From assembly GCA_051294905.1 (NCBI GenBank), contig CM119377.1, positions 3,472,001-3,536,000 on the forward strand: 64,000 bases of DNA. The letters are read 5' to 3'. The notes under the pieces are model-generated. The model searched no databases. It had not been told where the DNA came from and worked only from the letters and a program-made list of their open reading frames with translations. The stretch comes from Botryllus schlosseri (taxonomy: Eukaryota). The position numbers and the translations under genes were made by a program. Positions 1 to 13,700 of the stretch are shown here, piece by piece. The first letter of the stretch is position 1, and every line of letters begins with the position of its first letter.

Positions 1-1000
1 ATCTTTTGCTGCGTTAGTTTGCCATTTGTACGAAATTAGCTGATTCATCGCGTCAACGACAGGCCTTAACAATCGCATACACAAGAGGCCGTGTGCGCAA
101 GATATAATCGCTTGCGTAATCAGTCGCATCTCCAACAGGATTGGTGTGCCCGACATAACCGTTAACCTGAGCAATCGCATCTGTAATTCTAATAGGCCTA
201 GTGCGCAAGATGTCGTGTGTCGCTAGCCTGGACTATCGCGTCGGCGGCGTCGCAGGCTTTGGCTACTATCTACTCTCGTGTAGAGACAATGCCGTTAATT
301 GTATTTTGATTAGCGATCATTATGTCATGATTGTTCGACAGTGACATCGCAAAACAGAACACATCGTGTACCAAAACACAACTATTCATGTGCTGCGAAT
401 GCAGGGTGCGTACTATACATGGGTACAGGTTTTTTCCCAGAATTTACGCGCCATTTACACGTATTATACATGGGAGCGCACTATATTCGGAAAATTACGG
501 TATACTATATTATCCACCAACCCAGGTTATGTCAAGAGAAGGAGTATGTGTATAATTTAAAAATAGTACGGTAAATTGAGCTTAAGCTATCTGTTTGCAT
601 TGGATTATTCGAATTCTGTATACCGCCGGCATCATATTTGGTGATAGGCCTGTTCATAGGCATATCATTTTCTCGATGGCCGACTTCAATCTGAAACAAT
701 GTTCACTTCAAATTTTAATACCAGTGTCTCACAGCGTGTCTGTCTGCTTCTACTGTATTATTTAATCTAATAATTTGTTCATGTTGAAGTGTGCCTGAAT
801 ATTTTAGGCTGACACTCGTCAGGGGTAATCGTCAGCAACTAGTATTGAAAAGAACAAACAATTGTTGATATATAAAATGTTCCTTCCAATTCTTTACTAG
901 TTGGTGGTGATTACCCCTGACGAGTGTCAGCCAAAAATATTCGGGCCTATTTCAACATGAATAAATTACTCTTAATTAGAATGGGAAAGAACATTCTATG

Positions 1001-1527
1001 CAGGGTTGTAATGACTCGAGTCGTGACTCAACTCGGGTCCAAATCGAGTCACGATTTTCTGACGACTCGACTTGACTCGAGACATTTTCTCAAATTACGG
1101 ATATGACTCGACCCAACTTAGACTCGAGTCAGTGCGCATGACTGGAAACAAGTCGTATGACACTAGACTCAGACGACCGAGGCCGACATTTCATTGTAAT
1201 TTCGGAGGATAATAAAGTAGGCCTCTAACCACACAATTGGGACTGGTACTTTAAAATGTGGCCAGAAACTGCTAAAAGTGAGGAAAATTAGTATATTATA
1301 AATGCGAACCATTCGATATCACCAAAAAGAATTATAAAATGCGGGTTTAACTAAAACCTGAACAGTCGAGTCATAATACCATGACTCGGACTCGAGCCTC
1401 TGCTCGCTGACTTGGACTCGGCCTTGACTCGGTGGTGAATTGAAAATGACTCGATTTGACTCGAGTCAAAACTATGAAAGTGAGATTGACTTGCGACTCG
1501 GAGCCTTGCGACTTGGTCACTACCCTG
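1001..1527 (+). mobile_element. hAT-type MITE family A (TIR CAGGGTTGTAA, GACTCGAGTC subterminal arrays), inserted in a family B element
   Basis: TIRs at both ends; 8-bp TSD ATTCTATG/ATTCTACG. Confidence 0.85.
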
Positions 1528-1735
1528 ATTCTACGTAAAATATATAAACTGTACAATGTTCTTTCCGATTTTGTACGAGTTGCTGACGATTACCCCTGAC
1601 GAGTGTCAGTCGAATATATTCGGTTTTATTTCAATATGAATATACTATTCAATTGTATATTGAAGTTCAGTACCTCCAAGAGTGTTTCGTAATGAAAAAA
1701 TGTCGCAAAGATGAAGTAATTTTTCTTTTCCAAAG

Positions 1736-4700
1736 TCGTACGCTTCCGCCGTCTACAAAAACATGATGTCGTGGATCAAGAAGCCGCGTTTCATCGCGAT
1801 TTTCGACCGTTTGTTCCAAAAAGAGCACCAGAAAGCTGCCGTGCGGCACAACGGCAACCCGCCTCTGCAAGCGTTGACCGTGCTGTTTTCGTGGCCTTTC
1901 GCGTTGCAATTCTACGAGCTTTTCTGTGAGTAGGTTTTGCGTGCCTGCGCCGTTTACTCGACTGGTTATGGTGTTAGACAACGCTACTTACTTATTATGC
2001 TTTGTAATATGCGAAGTAGAACTAGTTTGGGGATGTTTGCTCCACTTTTATGAGTGAAATCGCGATAAAGACTGGATGAAAAGCTCCTCTATCACAGTAA
2101 ACGAACATATTTTCGGTAATCACGCCTATTTGCAGTGTCATCAATCATTTTGCGTTAATCGCCAAGATGCACTTTGAGAATATATGAAATGAGACACCCT
2201 CGATTAACTACCTCTTACCAAATCTACATCTTGAAACTACTTGAGGGCTTTCAGATCTGTCATTTTCCACTTCCAATGTAGTTTTGACATATTTTTGAAT
2301 ATCTAATTTGATTTGTACTTGGTTGAAATTTCCGGCGTTATTGTGCTTCTACTGGAGTACCGAGGCTGACTTCTTTGACCACCTCTGGGATGGAAACTGC
2401 AAAAAGTTTTGTAAAATTTGAAAACAATCACTCAAAACTACGCCTTGTTTTGTTATCAGATCGAGAAGAAGCGTTGAGCAAATTTTCGGAGAAAACGCAC
2501 CATCTGATTATTTCCGTAGCCGAGCGTTTTGCGGAAATAGTGCGGTCGCTGATATCGGGAGATATCGTCGTCGCGCAACTTCAACAAGTCGCGAATCACA
2601 GGGAATTATTCGTCGATCTATGCAAACGTATCGAGGTAACTTTGTGAATGCTGGTAGTGAATTGCAGCCTTAGGTTGTAACTTGTGTGATTTTGAAACGC
2701 ATATACCCGCACACGATTTTCAGCATGCGAAACCATTTACACTAACGTGTTGAAGGGGCAGCAGTTTACCGTATGCACTACAAAATGCTGTCATTTTACA
2801 TCAATTATAATGAGGCACAATCGGCACCACCGTTATATCATTCTTTTGAATTGTGCATTCGTTGATATACGAAATATCCATCTATATTAATTCCCCATTC
2901 GATCAGACGGCATTGGCCCAGCAGGGTACCGGTAATGTTCGACAGAGTCTCGACAGTATGTCTATTATGCATTAGGGGTGTTCAAAATTGACTTTTTCTC
3001 AAATTCTACTGGCTACTTGATAAAATTGTTAGGTTACCTAATTGAAGCCTGCGCACCGAATTTGGTTCAATTCCAGCCAGTAGCCGCATTGCTACAGGAG
3101 AAGAATTTTTTTATTTATTATCTAAAAATGGATAAAAATATTTCATAATTTTCCGTTCACCCCATGAAATTGTTAGGTTATCAATAGAAACGATGCTTAC
3201 GAAATTGATCTCAACTCCAACCATTGGAAGCGGTGTTATTGCCGTCTAAAATTTTTGGATTTGAATAAAATAGTATTTACGGTGACCAATTCTTTAATTG
3301 TTTATTATAGGTGTGCCCACCGTAAATACTATTTTATTCAAGTTCAAATTTTTCATCGTCGAAGTTTTCGTCATTCATTATCACCGTAAAACTCAAATGA
3401 CACCGCTTCTACGGGTTGGAATTGAGTCAAATTTGTTCTGCATCGTTTTTGAAGACAGCTCAACAATTTCACGGGGTTGACAGAAAAATGTGAAAAAAAT
3501 TTTTTTTTTGCATTTTTGGGTAAATTCAAAATTCTCAAACTCTACGAAATCCGCGAATATCCATTACAGTGGCTTTCTGAAGAACATGACTGCGGCCAAT
3601 AATTATTTTTGATTTCCATGTCTGTGACCTTTTGTACATTAGTAATACTGTAGTAGGATACAGTATATTAGATCTTTAATTTCATGGTAGGTTCCGATCT
3701 CTAATGTCGACCACGGAGAAGTGAATTTGCTTCAACTGATTGAAAAGAGAAAGAAACAGCTGTTTGCTTACGAGACCGCCACCGAACACATCCGGGGTTT
3801 TTTGCAGGCCTGCTCAAAGCTCGACGAAGGTACGGCTGCGAATATGCTTTCTCTAGAGATCTGGAATCTTTTGAGTCAGAAGTGATACAGCGGTGCGATC
3901 ACAGATATTTGAAGTATAATTTTGTTCAACTATTATTTTCTCCATGTAACCTACATAATATCGTCGTTTGTATTGGCGTTTTCGCTTCTGTGGATCACTA
4001 TCTTTTGTTCCATTTTTCCATATAAATCCAAACTCGGCAGTGTGCACTTACTAGCCTTCCCGCGAACAGAATGACACGTTAATACAGCTGTCGGATGGTT
4101 ATAATTAGGCATATGAACGTGCTCGACCTTTGCTGTCTTGAGGGATTATTCAGTAGGTATTTCTTACTAAAAACTCAACAGTTGTTTGAGATGTGCTGGA
4201 TAATGCAGGCGCTCTACTCAGAATTGCTTTCGCTGGATGAAAACATCTGGCGGATTGGATGCGGCCCATGGGCCGTATGTTTGACACGTGCGTGTTTAAA
4301 AAATTGGGGAGGAGAGAGTAAGGGGTATCCATGTTAAAAGACTGAATCTAGCGGTACCAAATCGCGCAAAGCGCAAAGAAAAATGGCAAGTTACACAAAT
4401 CTGCCCCAAAATACCTTTCCTTGTGCTGATTTGCAAACTAAATTTTGGCCACCTTTGATCTTGCTGCCCCTACAACAGAGGGTTCGGGGTGTGGCAGTTA
4501 AATCCCCGCTCTCTACGCCGTCCACCCTACACACCTATTACCATAACAGGTTCGATTTTTCCAGAGAAACCTAGTTTCAGTCATATCCTACTGGTCCCGC
4601 GAGATCAAAACGACTTGCGTAATACGATGGTAAGCACATTTTCATGATCAAAGTTTTCTGCCCTGTCCCGTATTACATGCATATCAAGCGATCGCGCACG

Positions 4701-7700
4701 ACCCATACTTTCAGAACCCGTATGATAAAGTATACACAGTTCTGTCCAAGGTTGTTGAAGATAATCCAAATCTGTGACACAGGTGGAGAATGCATGGTGA
4801 GGACGACAGAATTGAAGGAGAAATTGCGGGACAGCGCTAACGTGGTTCACAAAGTTTTGTCGCACATATCACCGGAAGAGGGGAGCGTTACGTCGAGCAA
4901 ATCGTTTTTGAAGCTTACCTCGGCGATACTGAAACACTTTGAAGAGATATCTTTCGTGAAAGTAAGTCAATTTTTCGTTGCAAGATTGTAACCAAGTCAC
5001 AAGGCCCCGAGCCGCAAGTCATTTCTACTTGGGCAGCTTCGACTCGAGTCAAGTCGAGCCATTTTTAATTCACCGCGTTCAAGTCCGAGTTCAAGTCAAG
5101 ATCCAAAGGCTCGGGAGTCCGAGTCACACTGTGAAAACTCGAGTTGAGTCCAAGTCATTGTGTTGACCGTTCATTTTCAAGTGCAATCCTTTACAATTCT
5201 ATTTTTTACAACTGTTTCGGCAAAATTGAATGCCTAACATTCATTATATAGTAATTTGTCTCACTTTACGCAGTTTCTGGGCTTATTTTACAAACACCAG
5301 TACTACACAAAACACTAATGATGTGATAACTCACTATTCTTCGAAGTTACAACGAAATGGTATGCATATGCACAGATCGTGTGTGTATGTATATCATGTG
5401 TCGGTGTATATGCCACAAAAACATAAAAGACAAAAATGTCATACGTCCTATTCCTATGTGTGGTTTTTTTCAGGGTTGTAACCAAGTCACAAGGCTCCGA
5501 GTCACAAGTCAATCTCACTTATATATTTTTGACTCGAGTCAAGTCGAGTCATTTTCGATTCCCACCGAGTCAAGTCCGAGTCCAAGTCAGCGAGCAGAGG
5601 ATCGAGTCCGAGTCATGGTATTATGACTCGAGTCCGAGTCCAAGTCATTGTGTTGACTGCTCGGTTTCCAGTTAAAGTCTTCCTAAACCCACTTTTTTAC
5701 CTCTGTTTGGTGATATTGAATGGTTCGCATTTATAATATATCAATTTTCCTCACTTTGAGCAGTTTCTGGTCGCATTTTCAAGCACCAGTACCAACAAAC
5801 GAAATCCCAATAGTGTGTTGGCTTCGAAATTACAATGAAATGTCGGTCTTCGCCGTCTGAATCTCGAGTCAATGACTTGCTTCGAGTCATGCGCAATGAC
5901 TCGAGTCCAAGTCGAGTCAATACACAGATTGACTCGAGTCGAGTCATTTCAGTATTTTGAGAAAATGACTCGAGTCGAGTCGAGTCATCCGAAAATCGTG
6001 AATCGAGTCTGACTCGAGTCGAGTCATGACTCGAGTCATTACAACCCTGGTTTTTTTTAATCTACTTTCTATGCTTCGTGTTTTTATACAGGACAGTAAA
6101 GTTTTCCAGGAAATGTTCCACCAAAACTTGCTGACGAGTAAAGCCGAGGGCGAGGGTGACGGATGTGACCTGGGGGACAACGGCTTGTGGCATGTGCCCT
6201 GGCGAGAAGTTGTCGACCGGATATGGAAAGACACTCGTTCGGATATTACCGAATGCGTTCAAGCGATTGATGACGGTGGGTTTGCCGGTTTGCTTATCGC
6301 AGAACCGTCTAAGCATCGAAATTATTACGTCACAGGGTCGATGAGCCTCGAGACGATGAAGGAATGGTTTCAAAGGTGCAGCGATCCTAAGGTTATCAGA
6401 CACGAGGTCGCGACCTTGTACAAGTTCTATCGGATGGTGTCAGGAATCGACGAAGCAGCAGGTTGGCACTATCTACCCCGGATCTAGGGTCCGCGAACTA
6501 TAGGGCGATTCGAAAACACCTTTTTTCTAGTATTACTGGCTAGCCCCATGAAATTATCGCGTCAAAAACGTTTCATATCGAATTTGGCACTATTTCACAA
6601 CCCGTAGAAGTTATGGTAGAAATTTTGGGATTTTTTATCAAATTTCACTGGCTACCCCATGAAATTGGTGCGGTGCCTACAAAAACGACGCACGGCATAT
6701 TTGACCGGTTTCCGTCCCTTGGAAGTGAGGTTATCGATGTATGTGAACTAGGGCTGTTCAAAAATAACTTTTTTTTCCCGGATTCAAGGGATTCACTGAT
6801 TAAATTGTTACGTTGCCAAAAAAAAAACGCCGCACACCAAATTTGGCTCGATTTCATCTGGTAGGTGTAAACATACAGGAGTTACAAAATATTTAATTTA
6901 AAAAAATTGAAATTTTTTTCTCAAACTTTACTGTCAACCCCATGAAATTGTTGAGTTGTCTGAAAAACAATGCAAAACAAATTTGACGCAACTCAAACCT
7001 GTAGAAGCGAAGTTATTTGAGTTTTTCATCAATTCTGGGACTACCCGCCGTCCGGGCTATTTTTGCAAATCCAAAATTTTCAACTGCAGTAACATTGCTT
7101 CTACCGATTGAAAGTGAGCAAAAATTGTCAAGCATCGTTTTTGTAGACAACTTGACAATTTCGTTGGATTGACGATGAAATTTGAAATTTTCAAATTCCT
7201 GTGCGTTTACATCTGCCAGTCGGATTTGAGCCAAGCTTGCTGTGCAGCGTTTTTTACGCAACATAAAAATTATTCATGAATCCCCGGATTCCGAAAAAAA
7301 AGTTATTTTTTAACAACCCTAGGCCGCATACTTTTGGCAGCAAAGCGCATCTTTTTAGAGGCGTTATGTCGCCACGCAGTTATGACTAGAGCGTTTTTTT
7401 TTACCAAAAAACGGAAATTTTGGCATTTATTGACCTTAAAAAACTTGATCTTGACAAAATTTTGACATGATGTATGTAAATAAGATGCTTTCGCTCATAA
7501 CGTTAGAATTCTACTACTTTTTGGCCGGAACTGTCTCACCTTACGGAGTAGAATGGCCTGAAAAACTTATAACCTTCTACTACGGTAGGCCTATAAAGCA
7601 GGATACAAGCTGTAAAATGTCAAAAGATAAGTTCACCGACAGTGCAAACATCAACGACACAAACGAAATGTAGGTCGCAAAATTTTTTTTGACTTTGTAA

Positions 7701-10700
7701 ACAATTTTGACAATTTTTCGACCTAACGCTACAGTTTTGATTAAATTTTGACTTTTTTTGACATGTAAAAAAATCGCCCTAGTTGTGACAATTTCACTCG
7801 TAATTCCGTTCAATTTCTGAGTTTTTGTGAATTCAGTGATTCTATTTCTAATCTAATTGGAAAAAGCAGTGCATTTTCTAGCTGCCTAACTCTGACTCCG
7901 AGGCGCGTAAATACTTTTTCGAATTCAGAAGCAGCTGCGAATCCGAAACCACAAGAGGATACGCAGTCACGTTTAAAAGTCTCCGACGACTCTGACGAGT
8001 CCGGCCCGGAGGATTCCGATGAGGAGAGCGTGCCCTCGGAATACGACCCAGATTCAGACTACACCGATGACGAGGAAGAAGAGTACGAGACGGTGGTCAA
8101 TATGACGCTCAGAAGCGAGCAGTTGGCTAGTTTTTTCATGCTTGAAAAAGCGGAAGAAACCGTTCGGATACTGCTGGAAATTCGGGACGTGCTGAATTTG
8201 AGTGGGGATTTTTCGCCCGTGGAAAGAATGAAGGTAGCCTTTTTTCTTCTAACAAGTGGAATATTATTTACTATATTTGACGTTTTTGAGTAGTCTTATC
8301 GGGGTTGAAGCCTAGTCACACTCACGAGTCAATCTCACTTTTATTGTTCTGACTCGAGTCAAGCCGAGTCATTTTCAAACCACCACCGAGTCCAAGTCAG
8401 GTAGCAGAGGGTCGAGTCCGAGTCATTGTGTTGACTGTTCAGTAGGGCTCTTCAAAAATGACTTTTTTTTCTCAAATCGTACTGGCTACTTAATAAAATT
8501 GTTAGGTTACCTAATTTAAGCCTACACACCAAATTTGGTTCAATTCCAACCAGTGGCAGCGGAGTTATTGCCGTCGAAAAATTTGGATTTGAATGAAATT
8601 GTATTCACGGTGAGCACAACTATAATAAATAAACAAAGAATCGGTCACCGTAAATACTATTTTATTCAAATCCAAATTTTTCGACGGCAATAACTCCGCT
8701 GCCACTGGTTTTGTTTGAACCAAATTTGGTGAGCATCGTTTATATAGACAACCTAACACTTTCAGGGGGTGAACAGAAAATTTTCAAATTTTTTATGATT
8801 TATTTTTATATAATAAATAGAAACTTTCTTCTCCTGTAGCAAAGCGGTTACTGGCTGGAATTGAACCAAATTTTGTGTGTAGGCTTAAATTAGGTAACCT
8901 AACAATTTTATCAAGTAGCCAGTACGATTTGAGTCATTTTTGAAGATTTGAGTCATTTTTGAAGAGCCCTACTGAACAGTTTCGAGTCAAGGTCATGTGA
9001 AACCCACTTTTTACGAGTCTGCTTGGTGATATCGAATGCTTCTCTTTCATAATATACAAATTTCCCTTACTTTTACCAGTTTCTAGTAGCATTTTCAAGT
9101 ACCAATACTGATAGACGAAATGCCAATGGCACGTTACCTTTACTACTACTATTTCGGATTTACAATGAAATGCATGTCGTGGTAGAGTCCCAGTCTTGAG
9201 TCTTGAGTCTTATCTTGAGTACTAGACGGGTCAATACAAAGATTGATTGAAGTCGAGTCAAGTCATTTTCTGTATTTCAAGAAAATGACTCGAGTCAAGT
9301 CGAGTCACCAAAAAAATTTGACTCGATCCTGAGTCTTATTATAATCACGATCAACTTTCGAAGCCTTTTTCCTCATCTCTAGTCTGCGTCCTGTTTGCAA
9401 ATTTACTGCCCGAACGTAGTTACAAGTGTTACATAACCATAAGGAAAGAAACAGCACGAAAGCAGCATGCGTATTGTTAATATGTGATGGACTGCATCAA
9501 TTTATAACCAGGGTAAACCTCTCTAGAGATATTGAAACACGCATGTGCGATCATCAAAGAGCCCCTGTTATATTATACATTCAATTTTATCATTTTAGGA
9601 AAGAATGTCTATCACGGGACACATTGTTAATCTTCCGAACGACATCGATATGCCCGTCGTGTGCAAAATTGCGGAAAATCAAATTCAATTCTTGAAATGC
9701 TTCATCAAGGAAAAAGAGTTGATCGCGTGGCTGAAAGAAAGCATGAACGGTAGGCTTCAAGGGGAAATATATCAGCGCCTTTTCATCGCCTTAATAGAGA
9801 GTAGAAACGCTTAATCGTAACAGGGGTTCATGAAAGGCCAATGTTGAAACTGCAACAATTTTCCTGATAAAACCTGTCCTTATTTTGTCTTATTTTTAGA
9901 AATAGAATACACCAGGCCCGATTTTGACATAAACCTCCTTTCTGGACATTAGGACTGTTCAAAAATTGCCAAGCCGTAGAAGCGGAGTTATTTCAGTTTT
10001 TATTCGATAATTCTGGGATTATTTTTGATCGGTGGATAATCCAAGAATTATCATCGAAAAACTGGAATAACTCCTTATCTACGGCTTGGAATTGAGTCAA
10101 ATTTGTTTTGCATTGTTTTTGAAGACAGCCCAACAATTTCATGGGGTTGGCAAAAAAATTAAAAAAAAAATTTTGCGTTTTTGGGCAAATTCAAAATTTT
10201 CAAACTCTAAGTAACCCGCGAATATTGGTTGGAATGAATTCGAATTTGGTGTGCGTCGTTTTTCAAGGCAACCTAACAATTTAATCACGTAGCCAACAAG
10301 ATTCAGGAAAAAAGGTTAATTTTGAACAGCCCTACTGGACATCTTCCGTTAAACGCGGTATCTAAACCACCTTGGCGTGTACGACTGCTGGAGCGTGAAA
10401 CACTTGTGGAAATTTCAATAAATTGCAGCTGCATTACGGTGGCGTTCTGAAGAAAACGGCTGCGGCCAAAATTTTTTATTCGTTTTGCCCTTCAATTTGA
10501 GACCACATCGTTTTCAGAGTGCAGTGTCCCTTCAATGTTTGGACGATTGTAGTGAAGCTCAACATTTGCTCTCTGAGAGATTATTAGCGTGGAAGTACTT
10601 CTTGTTTAAGATCGCAACATTTGATACAAATCTGCAGGGTAATACAAGCACTTTTTCATTAACGTAGCATTGCTGGCTCGCTGTATGAAGTACAGCAGGC

Positions 10701-13700
10701 TGTGTGCTTGACCGATCATGATTTTACTACTAAAATATGTGTAATGTTAAATTCAGGTGTAACTAAACAAAAGTATGATGTATTCATGGGCCACTTAACA
10801 ATTAAACGAACATCAAACTTACCCAGGACCTTTATCGTTTCACAGCATCCATTGGTATTAATTTTGGCTTTGGTATTTAGATATTCGGGACGTGCAAGTC
10901 ATGTGCGATTTGGCTTTGATGAAAGCTGGCGAAACTCCGTACGAAGTCGATATTGTGTCGTGTCTACTCGGGGCTGTGATGGGTTTTGCCCCGTTGATTT
11001 TCGATCTAGATGTGGAGGCCGGGTTTGAGGAGCTGCTTGCGCGATGCGACGATATTTGGAAGAATATCGGTAGAGATAACAAACTACTTGAGAAATGGGT
11101 ATGTATTGTGTGTGTATTTTCATCACTAGTCTGTTTATGTTATCCCTTATTTCTTGCCACCTACTACCATGTTCAGATATCACGAAAATTGACGATATTT
11201 TTTACCTCTAATAACCAAAACGACTTAGTGTTATACCGATTCGAACCAGCGAATGACCTTGAAAGTTGACATATTCACTTTTTATCTACAAAGAAAATAA
11301 TGCCACTTACAGCGACATGACGATAATGCGGTATATTTTGAACATACCTACTTCATAGCGCTTTTTGAGAATGGTCCGTGTCGTTCGATCCATCTTAGAA
11401 ATGCCGTTTCCATGAAGAATGCACATTAGGGCTATTCAAAAATAACTTTTTTTCAGATTTTGCTGGCAAATTGCAAAAGTTTTTAGGTTTATGAAAAAAA
11501 CCACACCAATTTTGGGTCAATTCCAACCCGTAGACACGTTGCTAAATAATAAAAAAGTTTTGGACATAATTAATAAAAATGAATATAACATTGTTTCAAA
11601 TTTACTGGCTACCACATTGTTAGGTTGTCCGAAAAAACAATGCACAACAAATTTGGCTCAATTCCAACCAGTAGAAGCGAAGTAATTAATTCCAATATGA
11701 AAAATATTGACGTCGGTAAATTCTTTAATCATTTATCATAGATCTACCCACCGTAAATACTATGATCTCAAATACTTGATTTTGAATATCACGAACATCG
11801 CTTCTATGGGTTGGAATTAATCCGAAATTGGTGTGTAGCGTATATTTTAGGAAACCTAGCAATTTTATCAAGTAGGCAGAAAAATTTGAAAAAAATGCAT
11901 TTTTGAACACACGTGGCTTTGTACTACAAGTTGTGTTCAATTTCAACCAATTTCAACCAGTTTTAAGGGTATAAAAATACAGCTCTTGTTGATAGAATAA
12001 CTTGGCGACAAAAAAGACTTATAATCTCAGTGCTCGAGATACAATTTTCTTGAAACTTTTCCAAATAATCATACTGTCACGGTGTCATATTGAGCAGGGT
12101 TACCATTCCTCCCTTCGCCCAAATAGCCTCCTCGTCGTCAATTAACCTTTTTTTTAGCTTAAAATGCCCGAAATGACCAAGAATAACACGAAAAATGCCC
12201 TTTTTTCAATCGACCCAATCAATGACATTAACTGTACGAATTTGAAAACCACCCGTTTTCTTGTCCTCTATAGCGACTTCAGCAGCCTGTGAAAAGTGTC
12301 CTACTATGCAGATCTCAAAATATTCTAACTCTAACGTTGAGTGGTACTTTTACACGTGACTTCCAGCCTTACAAAATTGCGATTTACGCGTTCCGTTTTT
12401 TCTTTGCAGAGCGACACGGGCAAACATCTGGCTTGGTTCAGGGGCGTCGGAAACGCACGCGGCTCCGTGGAGAAACAATCCCTGGACCTGGCTCGTGAGA
12501 TCAACCGTCACGGCGTGTACACAATTGGAAGAAAGGACTTTGGCGGGGCAATTTCTTACAAAGACTGCGTCTCTCTCGCTGTCCCGAACGAGCAGAGTGA
12601 GTGTCGGAATCTTGATATTTCTAGGGGGAATCTGGCTTTAGGGTTGTGATCATAAGTTTTTAGATTTTTACGGTGGGACTGTTAAGTTCTTTACAACTGT
12701 ATGTTTCTCTTTACTTATTTTTAGCTAGATGTATGTTCAATAGGGGACTTCAAAAATGACTTTTTTTCTCAAATCGCACTGGCTACTTGATAAAATTGTT
12801 AGGTTACCTAATTTAAGCCTACACACAAAATTTGGTTCTATTCCAACCAGTAATCGCTTTGCTACAGGAGAAGAAAGTTTCGATTTATTAGATAAAAATG
12901 AATAACAAAAAATTTAGAAATTTTCTGTTCAGCCCGTGAAAGTGTTACGTTGTCTATAGAAACGATGTTCACCAAATTTGGTTCAATTCCAACCAGTAGA
13001 AGCAGAGTTATTGCCGTCGAAAAATTTGGATTATGAATAAAATAGTATTTACGGTGACCGATTCTTTAATTATTTATTATAGTGGTGCCCACCGTAAATA
13101 CTGTTTTATTCAAATCCAAATTTTTCGACGGCAATAACCCGCTGACGAGTGTCAGCCGAAAAAATTTGGGTTCGTTTGAATATGAATAAACTATTCAATT
13201 GCCTCCTATTTGGCAGACGAGCGTTACGATTTGGACAAGCTCTTCGATCTGCAATGCAAGCTCATGCTGATCGCTGGAGATTCGGACAGCGGATGGGGAG
13301 ACGTCTCGAATTTCGTGAACGTCTTGGAAATCGTTCGGCACGTGGCGGAGACTTTCGTGAAGCTGGTGCGCTCCGGCTGCATGCTGTTCAATCGATGGTC
13401 GGCCGTAATCAGGTATGAAACGCCAGGCCGTGATGGAACTGCCAAATCTGAATTTATTAAATCCAAATGTGTATTTTTTTGATAAATTGTGCGCTCAGAT
13501 TGCAAGCTGTAAGATTACCATATCTGTTCACGAAGCTACCAGGAATTGCTAGCCGTGACCGTGATCGTGCAGTAGGGCTGTTAAAAAAAGTTTGTTTTCC
13601 AAATCATGCTCGCTAAACAATTAAATCGTCAGGTCGCCTACAAAAACGATGTACACCAAATTTTAATTTATTCCAACTGATCATTGCGAAGCTCTTACAG

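Noticed and set aside
1001-6049. GACTCGAGTC arrays looked CRISPR-like or like restriction-site arrays
   Set aside because: Spacing is irregular, there are no unique spacers or cas genes, and the arrays are bounded by TIRs and 8-bp TSDs inside eukaryotic introns, so they are MITE subterminal motifs.
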